A stretch of 64,000 nucleotides of DNA from an uncultured virus (IMG/VR IMGVR_UViG_3300023202_000249). Taxonomy: Duplodnaviria > Heunggongvirae > Uroviricota > Caudoviricetes. The position numbers and the translations under genes were made by a program. The DNA is taken from IMG/VR virus record IMGVR_UViG_3300023202_000249; one strand, written 5' to 3'. How positions within the stretch are numbered: the stretch's first letter is position 1; every line of letters begins with the position of its first letter. The notes under the pieces were generated by a model, which worked only from the letters and a program-made list of their open reading frames with translations, made no database searches and was not told the DNA's origin. Of the stretch, positions 17,334-26,162 are shown piece by piece.

Positions 17334-18264
17334 GATTGATACTCCAACCGCCGCCTAACAAATCGGTCAACGGGAGCGGCGGTATCCCCGTTACCTTACT
17401 GCGCCATTTGAGTTTGTCATCATCCGACACATACGAATAGCGTTTGGCAGAGCAGACTAGCACGCCGGGGACAGCGCAATCGCTCTGCAGCTCTCCTAAT
17501 TCTCGCGCGTAGATTTCCAGCTGCTCTGTTCCGTGTGCGTATTCATGCACTGGGCCACCGTCGGGTCCGTCCATTGCCTCAACTTGTTGCTTGAGCGCAT
17601 CTAAGGACGCTGACAGGCCGAGGGAGTAGTAGCAGTCCACGGCGTCAACGCGAAGTTCGTATATTCTCATGTTGTGCTTACTGCATTTGCGCGCCAGTTC
17701 CACCAGCCATCGGGCGAACCCCGGCGGGGTGGCCTCGCGCTCCCATTGCGGAACCCGCGACTTGAATCGCGGATGCCCAATCCGCACGCCATGCCCTTGC
17801 GAAATGCAGTGCGTCGGCTCGCCTTCTCTGTGCGGCATTGCCGGCACGTCCACTGGCTCGCATCCGACCACGTAGAGCCGCGTCGGTTTTTTGGCCCGGT
17901 GTCCCCAATGGAATTGATCCACCGTCAGGAGAAATCCAACGTCGCCAGCGGCACCACACCCGCAGTGCTCAAACAACGCGCTACCCTTTGGGTGTTCCAG
18001 CACGCCACCGCATCGCCTCACCTGCTTCACCGCCCACGGACCAAGGGCATGTTCTTCCGGCCGCTTGGGTATTTGGTGACGAAAGTTTCCCCACGTCCGA
18101 CACGGTGGATGTGCAATCACCGGCCCCGTGCCAGCAAACGTCCGCGCATCCCGCCAGCGGTCGTAACAGTCAAGCCCCATCGCCTTGTAGATGCTCTGCT
18201 CTCGAACAAACAGCACAACAAGACGGTCGAGCGTACTGCCAATTCCGCTTCGCTCCATTGTCAT
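17323..18264 (-). CDS. C5-cytosine methyltransferase-like domain fused to a copy of the 13300 gene
   Basis: IAHPPC, VLEHP, GHRAKKPTRLY and REATPPGFARWL, followed by MRIYELRV... Confidence 0.7.
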   Translation of the reverse strand: MTMERSGIGSTLDRLVVLFVREQSIYKAMGLDCYDRWRDARTFAGTGPVIAHPPCRTWGNFRHQIPKRPEEHALGPWAVKQVRRCGGVLEHPKGSALFEHCGCGAAGDVGFLLTVDQFHWGHRAKKPTRLYVVGCEPVDVPAMPHREGEPTHCISQGHGVRIGHPRFKSRVPQWEREATPPGFARWLVELARKCSKHNMRIYELRVDAVDCYYSLGLSASLDALKQQVEAMDGPDGGPVHEYAHGTEQLEIYARELGELQSDCAVPGVLVCSAKRYSYVSDDDKLKWRSKVTGIPPLPLTDLLGGGWSINHVG

Positions 18265-18285
18265 CCGCTCACCTCATCGTTGGGC
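18213..18285 (+). other. attC-like site
   Basis: GCACAAC aagacggtCgagcgtA...cgcttcgct...cgctcacctcatc GTTGGGC. Confidence 0.85.
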
Positions 18286-18554
18286 AGCTCAATGCAGGCA
18301 CCGACAGCATCGCCGCCAGGGGTGGGGAAGGTAGAGCCTGTGCACCACTTCCAGCCGTGCGCGACCCTAATCCAGTATCCACCCATAATGGCGTGCGCCT
18401 TGGTCCCGATAGGGTATTCGCTCCAGGGGCGATCTACGGGCACGCGCACGCCGAACATGCGGGTGAGCGCCCAGCCCCCTTGCGGAACCGGCAAGCCGAG
18501 GGCCTTGCGTGCGTCCGCTGCCTGTTGTTCTTTAGCTTCAATGTGGTCGTACAT
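18261..18554 (-). CDS. hypothetical protein in a cassette
   Basis: GGAGG RBS; bounded by matched cores at 18279-85 and 18578-84. Confidence 0.75.
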   Translation of the reverse strand: MYDHIEAKEQQAADARKALGLPVPQGGWALTRMFGVRVPVDRPWSEYPIGTKAHAIMGGYWIRVAHGWKWCTGSTFPTPGGDAVGACIELPNDEVSG

Positions 18555-18577
18555 TTTTCCTCCGGTTGAAAGTTGCT

Positions 18578-18714
18578 GCCCAACAAGGGCAATTCAGCGG
18601 ACGCTACCGCGCCGCAGAGTCCGCGTTCATCGGAAAGGATGATGCGCGGCATGCTGATTCGTTTGGCATCACTTTTTCCTTTGGCCCATCGGGCCGGTTA
18701 TCGGCAGCGTTCGC
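18578..18714 (+). other. attC-like site (right boundary uncertain)
   Basis: GCCCAAC aagggcaattcagcggacgctaccgcgccgc; candidate ends GTTTGGC at 18661 or GTTCGCC at 18708. Confidence 0.55.
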
Positions 18715-19098
18715 CATATACACAGTCCCACCACCTTTGCGTATCAGCGCGTAGAATCGTTCCATCGTTGTCCCCGCCGGTATTACGACGGGCTTCCCGG
18801 GGCTGTATCGACTTGTCCGCAACCACGCGACAGCCCCGGCATTAATCTGTTCCACACTCCACGGGCTATTGCAATGCCCGAAGGATGGCGTCTCGAAGTC
18901 GCCGTCCCACGCGACCTTGATAATCTCAAACTTTTCGTGCTTGCAAGGACCGTATGGCGTTCCCGCGTTGTGTTCATACGGTGCATCGTCAAAATCATCT
19001 CCCCATGCATCTTCCAGCGCCTGCGTCGTAAAGTAGGCCCACGGCCCGTCTACATAACACAAAACGGGGTTGTCTTTATTTGGTGCAGTCATATTCAT
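18604..19098 (-). CDS. hypothetical phage protein
   Basis: GAGGAGG RBS; LCYVDGPWAYFT, WGDDFDDAPYEHNAG, NSPWSVEQIN. Confidence 0.75.
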   Translation of the reverse strand: MNMTAPNKDNPVLCYVDGPWAYFTTQALEDAWGDDFDDAPYEHNAGTPYGPCKHEKFEIIKVAWDGDFETPSFGHCNSPWSVEQINAGAVAWLRTSRYSPGKPVVIPAGTTMERFYALIRKGGGTVYMANAADNRPDGPKEKVMPNESACRASSFPMNADSAAR

Positions 19099-19104
19099 CC
19101 TCCT

Positions 19105-19275
19105 CAATAGCTCTCGCTGTGTTCTGCTCGATGACAAATGGCACACAGCAAGTCGCATTTGTCCAATTCAACGCGGCATTTTCCCATGCGTAGTTTTTAC
19201 TTGTTGGCAAAAACAACTTGGTTGCTGGGTCTCTGTGGTGAAAGTCAAAAGCAAAGGCGTTACTCCCGGTGTACG
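19105..19275 (-). pseudogene. HNH endonuclease fragment, frameshifted
   Basis: FDFHHRDPATK in one frame and ELDKCDLLCAICHRAEH in another. Confidence 0.6.
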
Positions 19276-19279
19276 CGTA

Positions 19280-20155
19280 TCAGGCGAAAAGTAATTGCTG
19301 CTCGATACGTTTACGAGCGATTTCGCAATACTCTTCATTTATCTCGATTCCGAGAAACTTGCGGCCAAGCTCTCTGGCCATCTTTGTCGTCGTTCCGCTG
19401 CCGTTGAATGGATCTAAGACTATGTCTCCGGGGTTGCTCCAAGACAAGATATGATCGCGGGCTAGTGCCTCGGGGAATATGGCGGGATGCTTGTGTGCTA
19501 TGGTATCTGTTGACGAGTGCCTGAAGCCTGCTTCATATTCCCACACATTTCCCCTTGCTCCCATTTCAGGAGCTATTCGACCAAAGCTATGGCTTTTTTT
19601 CATGCTCCCGTCTTTGCATCGCAGGGTGGGTGAATACTTTTTCCCTGCGTATGAATTCGGCTTATCCCTCAAAAGGTGAAGCGTCTTTGGCCTGCCTCTG
19701 GAAAACACAAACATATATTCGTGCACTTGCGGATAAACGCGATGCCCGTGACGTGGAAATTCACCCTTTTTTCGGTAAATCATCGTATCAAGCAACTTCA
19801 TCCCGCCGTCGACAAATGCAATGGCTTGCTTGAATGAAGTCAGGCTTTCGCAGTGGTCCCTACTTGTGTCTGACACTACCCAAACAATAATTGCTCCATC
19901 CTTTATAATGCGGCACAAATTCCTGCGCACCGAATCGAAGTCAAAGACAAATCCTCCGTATTCTCTGGCGTCGTCGTATGGTGGCGAGGTAACTACAAGA
20001 TCGATGCACTCGCGAGGCAGTTGGCCCATTACGTCACAGTTGTCACCGCATACGATCTTGTCGCCTGACAACAAGTCATTGCAGCGAACACTATCAGCCG
20101 TTCCGCTTGGAGCGTCGGTCGTGTCAGCCTGGGTTTTAGTTTGTTCGTCGTTCAT
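19280..20155 (-). CDS. DNA N4-cytosine/N6-adenine methyltransferase (beta class)
   Basis: VTSPPY, HPAIFP, LDPFNGSGTT. Confidence 0.95.
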   Translation of the reverse strand: MNDEQTKTQADTTDAPSGTADSVRCNDLLSGDKIVCGDNCDVMGQLPRECIDLVVTSPPYDDAREYGGFVFDFDSVRRNLCRIIKDGAIIVWVVSDTSRDHCESLTSFKQAIAFVDGGMKLLDTMIYRKKGEFPRHGHRVYPQVHEYMFVFSRGRPKTLHLLRDKPNSYAGKKYSPTLRCKDGSMKKSHSFGRIAPEMGARGNVWEYEAGFRHSSTDTIAHKHPAIFPEALARDHILSWSNPGDIVLDPFNGSGTTTKMARELGRKFLGIEINEEYCEIARKRIEQQLLFA

Positions 20156-20166
20156 CGTGTTAGTCG
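20066..20166 (+). other. attC-like site containing the methyltransferase start codon (right end uncertain)
   Basis: TGACAAC aagtcattgcagcgaac...GTTAGTC. Confidence 0.5.
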
Positions 20167-20211
20167 CTCTATTTCTCTATGCCAACGCTCGTTCCCACAC
20201 TGGCCTACAGT

Positions 20212-20514
20212 TCATCTCGCTGGCACCAAACGCAACCCAGAACCTTTGCACGACCAGCAAACAACGTCGCATTCTTCTATGTAGTCGTAGAGATTTTTTT
20301 TCCCATCACAGATTCGACATGCATCCCTAGCTCGGCACGTCCAACACTCATAGTACTGTCGCGGATCTATTTGGTCTCCCATGTCCTCGGTCATTAGCCC
20401 GCATTTGCTCGTCGCGTGGCCTTCCTCGAAACCGTGAGCAATGCCATTGGGGTGGCACCGCCAGATAACAATCGGTTGCACGGGCTCCGTGGACGACGTG
20501 TTTTCTGTACTCAT
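20212..20514 (-). CDS. Cys-rich hypothetical protein
   Basis: Three CxxC pairs; start lies inside an attC-like site (AGATAAC at 20463). Confidence 0.65.
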   Translation of the reverse strand: MSTENTSSTEPVQPIVIWRCHPNGIAHGFEEGHATSKCGLMTEDMGDQIDPRQYYECWTCRARDACRICDGKKNLYDYIEECDVVCWSCKGSGLRLVPAR

Positions 20515-20582
20515 GGTCTTTCACTCCCCAGAAGGTGGCGCTGGTTCATAGTTGGCGGCGAAGAACTCGGCCGCAACATACA

Positions 20583-20993
20583 TTACTCCTCCACGCGCTC
20601 TCCGGACTTTATAATGTACCATCCGCCGATATTGAGCCGGTCGATTTCTCCGTCTAGCCGGCGCACCTTAACGACCTTCTCTTCGGCGACGAACGGCGTC
20701 CGTAGTCCGCGAGCAACCGCGATGTCCGGACGGATGACGTTGTAGCCTTCGAGGTCACGCTCCTCGGTGCGGTGGTCGAGGTCGCCATCAACCTTGACCG
20801 CGATCAGCACCTTGACGTCATCAAGAACCTTCGCGACCTCGACCACGCGCTGGCGCTTCGTCGTCTGCTCTACCAACGTGATCCGATCCTTCACCTTCGG
20901 TCCGATCGTCACGCACGCCGTCAAGGCCACCAAGAGCGTCATTGAGATCGCTGCGGCTATCGATCTCAGGGTCTTTATCTCTCCTCCCGACAT
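20583..20993 (-). CDS. putative lipoprotein
   Basis: Signal peptide with LTAC lipobox; GGAGG RBS. Confidence 0.65.
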   Translation of the reverse strand: MSGGEIKTLRSIAAAISMTLLVALTACVTIGPKVKDRITLVEQTTKRQRVVEVAKVLDDVKVLIAVKVDGDLDHRTEERDLEGYNVIRPDIAVARGLRTPFVAEEKVVKVRRLDGEIDRLNIGGWYIIKSGERVEE

Positions 20994-21087
20994 GATTCAC
21001 CTCCGTGGTTGCTGGATTGTCCATCCCAAGTAGCTTCTTCAAGCCGGTGATGATCACACCGACGATTCCCGCGATCGCGCTCCACAT
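20821..21087 (-). CDS. Small N-anchored membrane protein overlapping the lipoprotein gene
   Basis: MWSAIAGIVGVIITGLKK; GGAG RBS. Confidence 0.5.
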   Translation of the reverse strand: MWSAIAGIVGVIITGLKKLLGMDNPATTEVNHVGRRDKDPEIDSRSDLNDALGGLDGVRDDRTEGEGSDHVGRADDEAPARGRGREGS

Positions 21088-21258
21088 GCTTCTTACTCCC
21101 GATACAGGCTGACAATCTAAGCGCGGACCCTCACCGAAGCGGCCTATTTGCCCCGCGGGTCCTCGATCAGTAAATGTAACAAGCGCGACATCCACCCAGC
21201 ACAGTGCCAACAGCATCCAAGAAAGAACGGTGAATGCCGCGCTCGAACTCGAATGATC

Positions 21259-21750
21259 TTACGCACTCGGCGTCGTCGATTCATCCTTCGCGGTAAACGG
21301 ATGATCTCCACGCATGGCCTTTAGGATGTCCGGGACGCCTTCCAGGGCAACGGACGCCAGCTCGACGCCTTCTTCGGCTTGGATGTCCTTCACCTCGCTG
21401 GGCACCTTCGATATTCCGTCTGCCGCCGCTTGAATTTTGGCCTTCACCTCCGGGTTCCCGGAGATGTCAGCCCAGACGTTCATGGCGTCCTTGCCGGCTT
21501 GAAGTCCATCGTGTAGGTGGAACAGAATGATCGCCGTCAGCGCATTGGCGCCGATGAGCGCTTCCTTGGTTTCCTTGATGCCGTGTTCTCCAGCCATTAC
21601 CTCGATCCTCCTTGCAAGGCCCTCAATCTGTTGTTGACGCGCCTTCCAGGGCCACATCCAGCGCGCCAGTGTGAACAACTTGCTCGCGATCCACAGCGCC
21701 AATGCAGGGCGCTTTCGTATCAACTTCCAGACCAATCGCAGCGCGAACAT
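21259..21750 (-). CDS. hypothetical protein (possible internal start at MAGEHG)
   Basis: ORF; GAGG before the internal ATG. Confidence 0.65.
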   Translation of the reverse strand: MFALRLVWKLIRKRPALALWIASKLFTLARWMWPWKARQQQIEGLARRIEVMAGEHGIKETKEALIGANALTAIILFHLHDGLQAGKDAMNVWADISGNPEVKAKIQAAADGISKVPSEVKDIQAEEGVELASVALEGVPDILKAMRGDHPFTAKDESTTPSA

Positions 21751-21826
21751 GACTTCGATTCTACCAGATATCAGAGGGACGGAACAGACATCTCGAATCG
21801 CATTGCAGATAACAAGCGCATGATCT

Positions 21827-22381
21827 TCATGCTCCCATCCTCCTTCTTAGTTTTTCTCTCCAACGCTCAAGCGTAGCGCACAGCGCGCTACAGCACTCCT
21901 TCCAAAATGATTTAGGCGTGAACGCGAGTCTGAAATAAAACGGCTTCTGTCGCCATGCATGTACGAGCATGACCTCGCCAGCGCTTGTATATATCAGCGC
22001 GCCTTTTTCGCAAAGATCGTGCATGGCGCACAGCAGGGCGTACTTGTATTTCTGGCGTTCTGCTGGCCTGTTTGAATGTACGGCATACTTGAGCCTCAGG
22101 CATTGATCGATCAGGCCCGCAGAGTCGCAGTACTCCATCCGATCGCAGTACTCCATCTGATAAAGCTCCCCTAAGATATCCATCTTCGCTGAGAAGACTG
22201 TATCTCGGAAGCAGACAGCCTTGGGCTCCGGATTGCATTGTGGGAGAAATGGGCCAACCAAACGTGGCGATCGACAGGCCAGCGTGGACTGCGTATCGAT
22301 TAATGGACTCTCTTCTGCGATCATTCCCAGATGTATGAGTTGCTGTTTACTGAGGCTCATGTCAAGCGGATGATTACTCAT
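21827..22381 (-). CDS. hypothetical protein
   Basis: GGAGGAGG RBS; ATGA coupling. Confidence 0.65.
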   Translation of the reverse strand: MSNHPLDMSLSKQQLIHLGMIAEESPLIDTQSTLACRSPRLVGPFLPQCNPEPKAVCFRDTVFSAKMDILGELYQMEYCDRMEYCDSAGLIDQCLRLKYAVHSNRPAERQKYKYALLCAMHDLCEKGALIYTSAGEVMLVHAWRQKPFYFRLAFTPKSFWKECCSALCATLERWREKLRRRMGA

Positions 22382-22764
22382 CGTTTTGCCTCCTCCTTGA
22401 CCGTCCCGGCCGGCGGCCGATCATGAGTGCGCCTGCAATTGCAGTGTGTGATCTGCCCGAGCAGGCCGCCCATCATGTACCCGCTACCGCCGCATCGCGG
22501 ACAATCTTTCGAAGGCATGCCGGCCTTCAAGTCGCTGTCGTAGTTCTTGCGCTTTTCCGGATCAACAAGCGTATGATACGCCTCTTTGATGCGCTTGAAC
22601 TTGGCCGCGGCACGCCGCTTACGCTTGTTGTTGTGTCGATCAGGATGCCAGACCTTGGCAAGTTTGCGAAATGCCTTCTTGATATCCGCCTGGTCGGCGT
22701 CCTGAGCAATGTTGAGGCGCTCGTAATGATTCAACCCGTTCTCCTTGAATGATGCTTCACTCAT
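22378..22764 (-). CDS. DnaJ (J-domain) protein with a Zn-finger remnant
   Basis: HYERL...IKKAFRKLAKVWHPD...AYHTLVDPEKRKNYD; CPRCGGSG. Confidence 0.92.
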   Translation of the reverse strand: MSEASFKENGLNHYERLNIAQDADQADIKKAFRKLAKVWHPDRHNNKRKRRAAAKFKRIKEAYHTLVDPEKRKNYDSDLKAGMPSKDCPRCGGSGYMMGGLLGQITHCNCRRTHDRPPAGTVKEEAKR

Positions 22765-23014
22765 CGATCCTCCCCGTCCGGTACAGGAACTCGATCAGAT
22801 CCTCTTTTTTGATCGTCCACTTACCCTTGGTGAGCTCGTATTTAGCTTTCAGCCTCCTTCTCGGCTTCGTCGCTCTCACCCACTTTTGTATGGATGACAG
22901 CGACGTGCGCAGCAACTGTGAGCACGCGAAAAGAGACATCTCTTCCGGCAACGGCTGAATCATGCTGTTCCGGAACTTTTTCACACCGGTCAGTGGTCTC
23001 CCAAGGTGTGACAT
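22757..23014 (-). CDS. Excisionase/MerR-like HTH protein
   Basis: SIQKWVR...GKWTIKKEDLIEFL. Confidence 0.6.
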   Translation of the reverse strand: MSHLGRPLTGVKKFRNSMIQPLPEEMSLFACSQLLRTSLSSIQKWVRATKPRRRLKAKYELTKGKWTIKKEDLIEFLYRTGRIDE

Positions 23015-23535
23015 TACATTCCTCGCTTTACGTCTTTTTCCAGATCATCGAAGAACGGAGAAGCGAGGAGGCTTTGCGCGCAAAGATGCTCCTTAAGCTC
23101 CTTTGCGCGCTCCTCTCGATTCTCCAGCGTCTTGCGCCAGTCGAATCTTCCGCGAGCTCTTGGGCATAGGTATAACAGGTCGGTCCGGAGTTTACTGATG
23201 AGGCGTTGGACGGCGTCCTGGTCAACCGCCCCTTTCGTCTGGAAAAGATTTATGACCGATTCTATGTATAAGAACAACCGGTGCACTTCGGTCTCCTCTA
23301 CCTGTTTGTAATACCACCCGTTGAGGGGGTCGTGTTCAAGCGCGAATTCGAGCCACGGTCTAATCCATTCGGGGAATGGGTTTTGATCCCGTACAAGCTT
23401 TTTAAGTTCCTCTTCCCCGTATCCCGGATCATTCTGCTGCCGGTCTAGAATCTCCTTGATCCGATCTTTGAATCTTTCTCCGGTGCGCGCATCAAGGTTG
23501 CGGTTCCAGAAGACGGTGAATAGAACCTTGGACAT
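23014..23535 (-). CDS. hypothetical protein
   Basis: GAGGAG RBS before MSKVLF. Confidence 0.7.
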   Translation of the reverse strand: MSKVLFTVFWNRNLDARTGERFKDRIKEILDRQQNDPGYGEEELKKLVRDQNPFPEWIRPWLEFALEHDPLNGWYYKQVEETEVHRLFLYIESVINLFQTKGAVDQDAVQRLISKLRTDLLYLCPRARGRFDWRKTLENREERAKELKEHLCAQSLLASPFFDDLEKDVKRGM

Positions 23536-23558
23536 TGTCGTTCTCCTCAAAGGTTTTT

Positions 23559-24875
23559 TTAAAGGTTTTCCTTGACTACTTGAGCGGTGAGCTTGAGCGT
23601 CTGCAGCGGCCAGCGCGCGACGATGCTCTGTTTTAGTTGTTCATGCTCTTCGACTTCGAATGCCTCGCGAAATGCTGAGATGGTGTCGTCCGGTATGTTT
23701 TGCAGAATCATCCACACCGCATCGGCCGCCTCGGACTGTGACAGCTCATCGCTCTCGATCTTTTCAATGAGACTTACTACGTCAACGTCAGAGCTTTTGC
23801 TGATCTTCTTCTCCGTCTTCTTTTGCGGCTTCTCGGGCGCGTCGTCCGGAGGCGTTGGCACTTCGTCGGGATCGGGCGCCTTAGTCTTACCAGCTTTCTT
23901 CTTCTTATTCTTGGAACCCTTCGGTCGCCCGCGCTTTTTCTTCTTGGGCGGATCAGGATCCTCTTTCTGATCGTCTTCCTCTTTCTGATCGTCTTCCTCT
24001 TTCTGATCGTCTTCTTCTTTCTGATCGTCTTCTTCTTTCTGATCGTCTTCTTCTTCGATAGGCGCATTCTCTTCAAGGTCTAGGACCTGCTCCTCTTCGT
24101 CGTGCGGTTCGGGCGTCTCGTCCTCCGGATGCGCTGCCGCGGTATGGGGAAGCGCGTGCTCGTCTTCCTCAAGCACCTCGCCGGTCTCGGGGTCAACCAG
24201 GTCATCTTCTATGACGCGCCCTTCGACTTCGCTCGGAATCGTGGATATCTCGCTTACATCACCGTCCAGGAGGCCTTTCACGCCCGTCAACGTCTCGTAA
24301 AGCCACTTGGACGCCTTTCTCTCGGCCTTACCGACGCCGGCCTCATCGGGCGACTTGTCATGCAGCCGGACGCGGCATTCGATGGTCTCTGTGCGCGTCT
24401 TCTTCTCGCCCTCCAGCTGGAATTTAACTTCCATATTGATGATCGCATACCCGCGCTTATCGCGGCGGGGATGATCAACGGTGCGTAGCGCCCAGTGCTT
24501 CAGCTTGCGGCAGTTCTTGTCAAGCAAATGCCGAAAACCCTCTCGTGTGATGTAGCAGTTCCCGCCAATTACGTTGAACTGATTGCCCACTGGCAGCACG
24601 CCGGTAAGCAATGCCTCAAGTAATGCGTCGACAAGGACCGCTCGAGGATACCCTGGATTGTCGACCTTGAAGCCTAAACGGCTCCCCCTCAAGCTGAGCA
24701 GGCTATCGATATGCTTGCTCGACTCGATCATTTTCCGGAGCTTATACATACTTTGCCCGGCGGCCATCATGGCCATGAAGGGATTGTCGGCGGTTTCGGC
24801 TTTACAGAATGCCTGAAAAGCCTTGACCCGGACATCGTTCAGATCGGTACAAAATTGTGCCAATTCGTTAGACAT
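23559..24875 (-). CDS. Putative ssDNA-annealing (RecT/Redbeta-like) protein with an acidic repeat tail
   Basis: GVLPVGNQFNVIGGNCYITREGF core; VDPETGEV motif; near a PD-(D/E)XK nuclease; 18-bp EEDDQK x5 repeat at 23960-24056. Confidence 0.55.
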   Translation of the reverse strand: MSNELAQFCTDLNDVRVKAFQAFCKAETADNPFMAMMAAGQSMYKLRKMIESSKHIDSLLSLRGSRLGFKVDNPGYPRAVLVDALLEALLTGVLPVGNQFNVIGGNCYITREGFRHLLDKNCRKLKHWALRTVDHPRRDKRGYAIINMEVKFQLEGEKKTRTETIECRVRLHDKSPDEAGVGKAERKASKWLYETLTGVKGLLDGDVSEISTIPSEVEGRVIEDDLVDPETGEVLEEDEHALPHTAAAHPEDETPEPHDEEEQVLDLEENAPIEEEDDQKEEDDQKEEDDQKEEDDQKEEDDQKEDPDPPKKKKRGRPKGSKNKKKKAGKTKAPDPDEVPTPPDDAPEKPQKKTEKKISKSSDVDVVSLIEKIESDELSQSEAADAVWMILQNIPDDTISAFREAFEVEEHEQLKQSIVARWPLQTLKLTAQVVKENL

Positions 24876-25215
24876 GTAAGTGTCCTTTCTTTGGGTTGCT
24901 TTGGGGGGCCTCTACCTCGTTCCCCCACACCGTCCAGCCTTCTCGCTGGCGTCTTGCGAAGATGTCCAGTCGGTTCGTTCCAAGCGGCTCCACCATGCGG
25001 TAGAACTCGTCAGGCTTTGCGCTGTGCCGTTCAGATTTCCCCGCAAACACGGTCGGGATTGCCTTTCGGCGCGGGTACATTTCGATCTTGCCGCGATACT
25101 CAAATAGGCAGAACTCCGTGCGGTGGTGAAACCCGAATAGACACATCCCGTTTGCCTTGTCCCAAGTCAACGTCCGTTGGTAGCGGAAACCGTAGGCTTC
25201 CATTACGTTCCTCAC
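24868..25215 (-). pseudogene. MT-A70-family adenine methyltransferase, C-terminal half only
   Basis: LTWDK, TEFCL, HSAKPDEFY, LDIFARR, GWTVWGNE; the DPPW-containing N-terminal half is absent. Confidence 0.75.
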
Positions 25216-26162
25216 TCATAGCTCATGGTCTTTCTGCCTCGGAAATACGGACACCTATCCGCATATCCACACCACTTTTCAGAACACACCCAATGATCGG
25301 AGGGCGCCGGCGGAAACACACCTTTTTTGACGGCTTTATGCATCGCATCTACGCGATTCAATGCTACTCGGAAGTCTTCCGAGTCCCGCCTCGTCTCCTG
25401 GGTCACTACTTTAATAGGTGACCCCTTCTTTTTCGAGGCCTTTTTCAGGGCTTTTCTATCCGCATCCTTGATGGCCGGCCACTTTTTGGACCACGTCTTG
25501 GTAGCAACCAGGTAATCTTGCTGGATGCTGGGGATTTCGCCGTCGAAGGCATTCAAAACCATCGCGTATATCGTCAATTGGTCGCTTTTGTGCGCTCGGT
25601 CCTTTTCGGGGCTGCGGGATGTAGTCTTGGTGTCGCGCAGGCACCCATTTTGGTCTTGGAGGTCGATCGTGCCGGCAAGCTTGTATGGCCGCTGAGGCAA
25701 CGAAACCACCCAAGGCCATTCCACTCGCCTTGGGCGAATGAAGGGCGCCAGCACCTTCCAGTGAATCGTGGCCAGCGCAACGGCGCGATCGACGGCCTCG
25801 CCGATGATGACGTTCTCGCTCCGCTCGCGCTCCTCTTTTGAGAGCATTACGCCTTGCCTGTCGATGCGGGCCTTAACGGCAGTGGCCGCGATCTCTTGCA
25901 CGGCTTCCAGCGCAATGCGCTTATCATGGCCGTGTTCGAGCTTAACCTTCATGTTCGCTTCGATGCCACGGTGCACGCCCGTACCGACATGCGCGGCGAT
26001 GCCGGGCGGCGCCTTGATTCCCTTGACGTAGCGGTAATAGTACTGCTGACCGCAGAGGAGGAATGTGCTGAGTTGGGATTGATGGTATTTATTCATAAGC
26101 GATTTCCCACTCCTGCTGTAGACACTGCCGCGCATCGTCGCCGATGCATCACCTAAAGTCAT
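25212..26162 (-). CDS. PD-(D/E)XK RecB/Cas4-like exonuclease (likely start 26096, MNKYH)
   Basis: SQLSTFLLCGQQYYYRY, GTGVH, AGTIDL, DTKT, QLTIY, CSEKWCGYADRC. Confidence 0.88.
   Translation of the reverse strand: MTLGDASATMRGSVYSRSGKSLMNKYHQSQLSTFLLCGQQYYYRYVKGIKAPPGIAAHVGTGVHRGIEANMKVKLEHGHDKRIALEAVQEIAATAVKARIDRQGVMLSKEERERSENVIIGEAVDRAVALATIHWKVLAPFIRPRRVEWPWVVSLPQRPYKLAGTIDLQDQNGCLRDTKTTSRSPEKDRAHKSDQLTIYAMVLNAFDGEIPSIQQDYLVATKTWSKKWPAIKDADRKALKKASKKKGSPIKVVTQETRRDSEDFRVALNRVDAMHKAVKKGVFPPAPSDHWVCSEKWCGYADRCPYFRGRKTMSYE

Noticed and set aside
25212..26162. Cas4 as part of a CRISPR adaptation module
   Set aside because: No cas1, cas2 or array; its position near a RecT-like gene fits an ordinary phage recombination exonuclease
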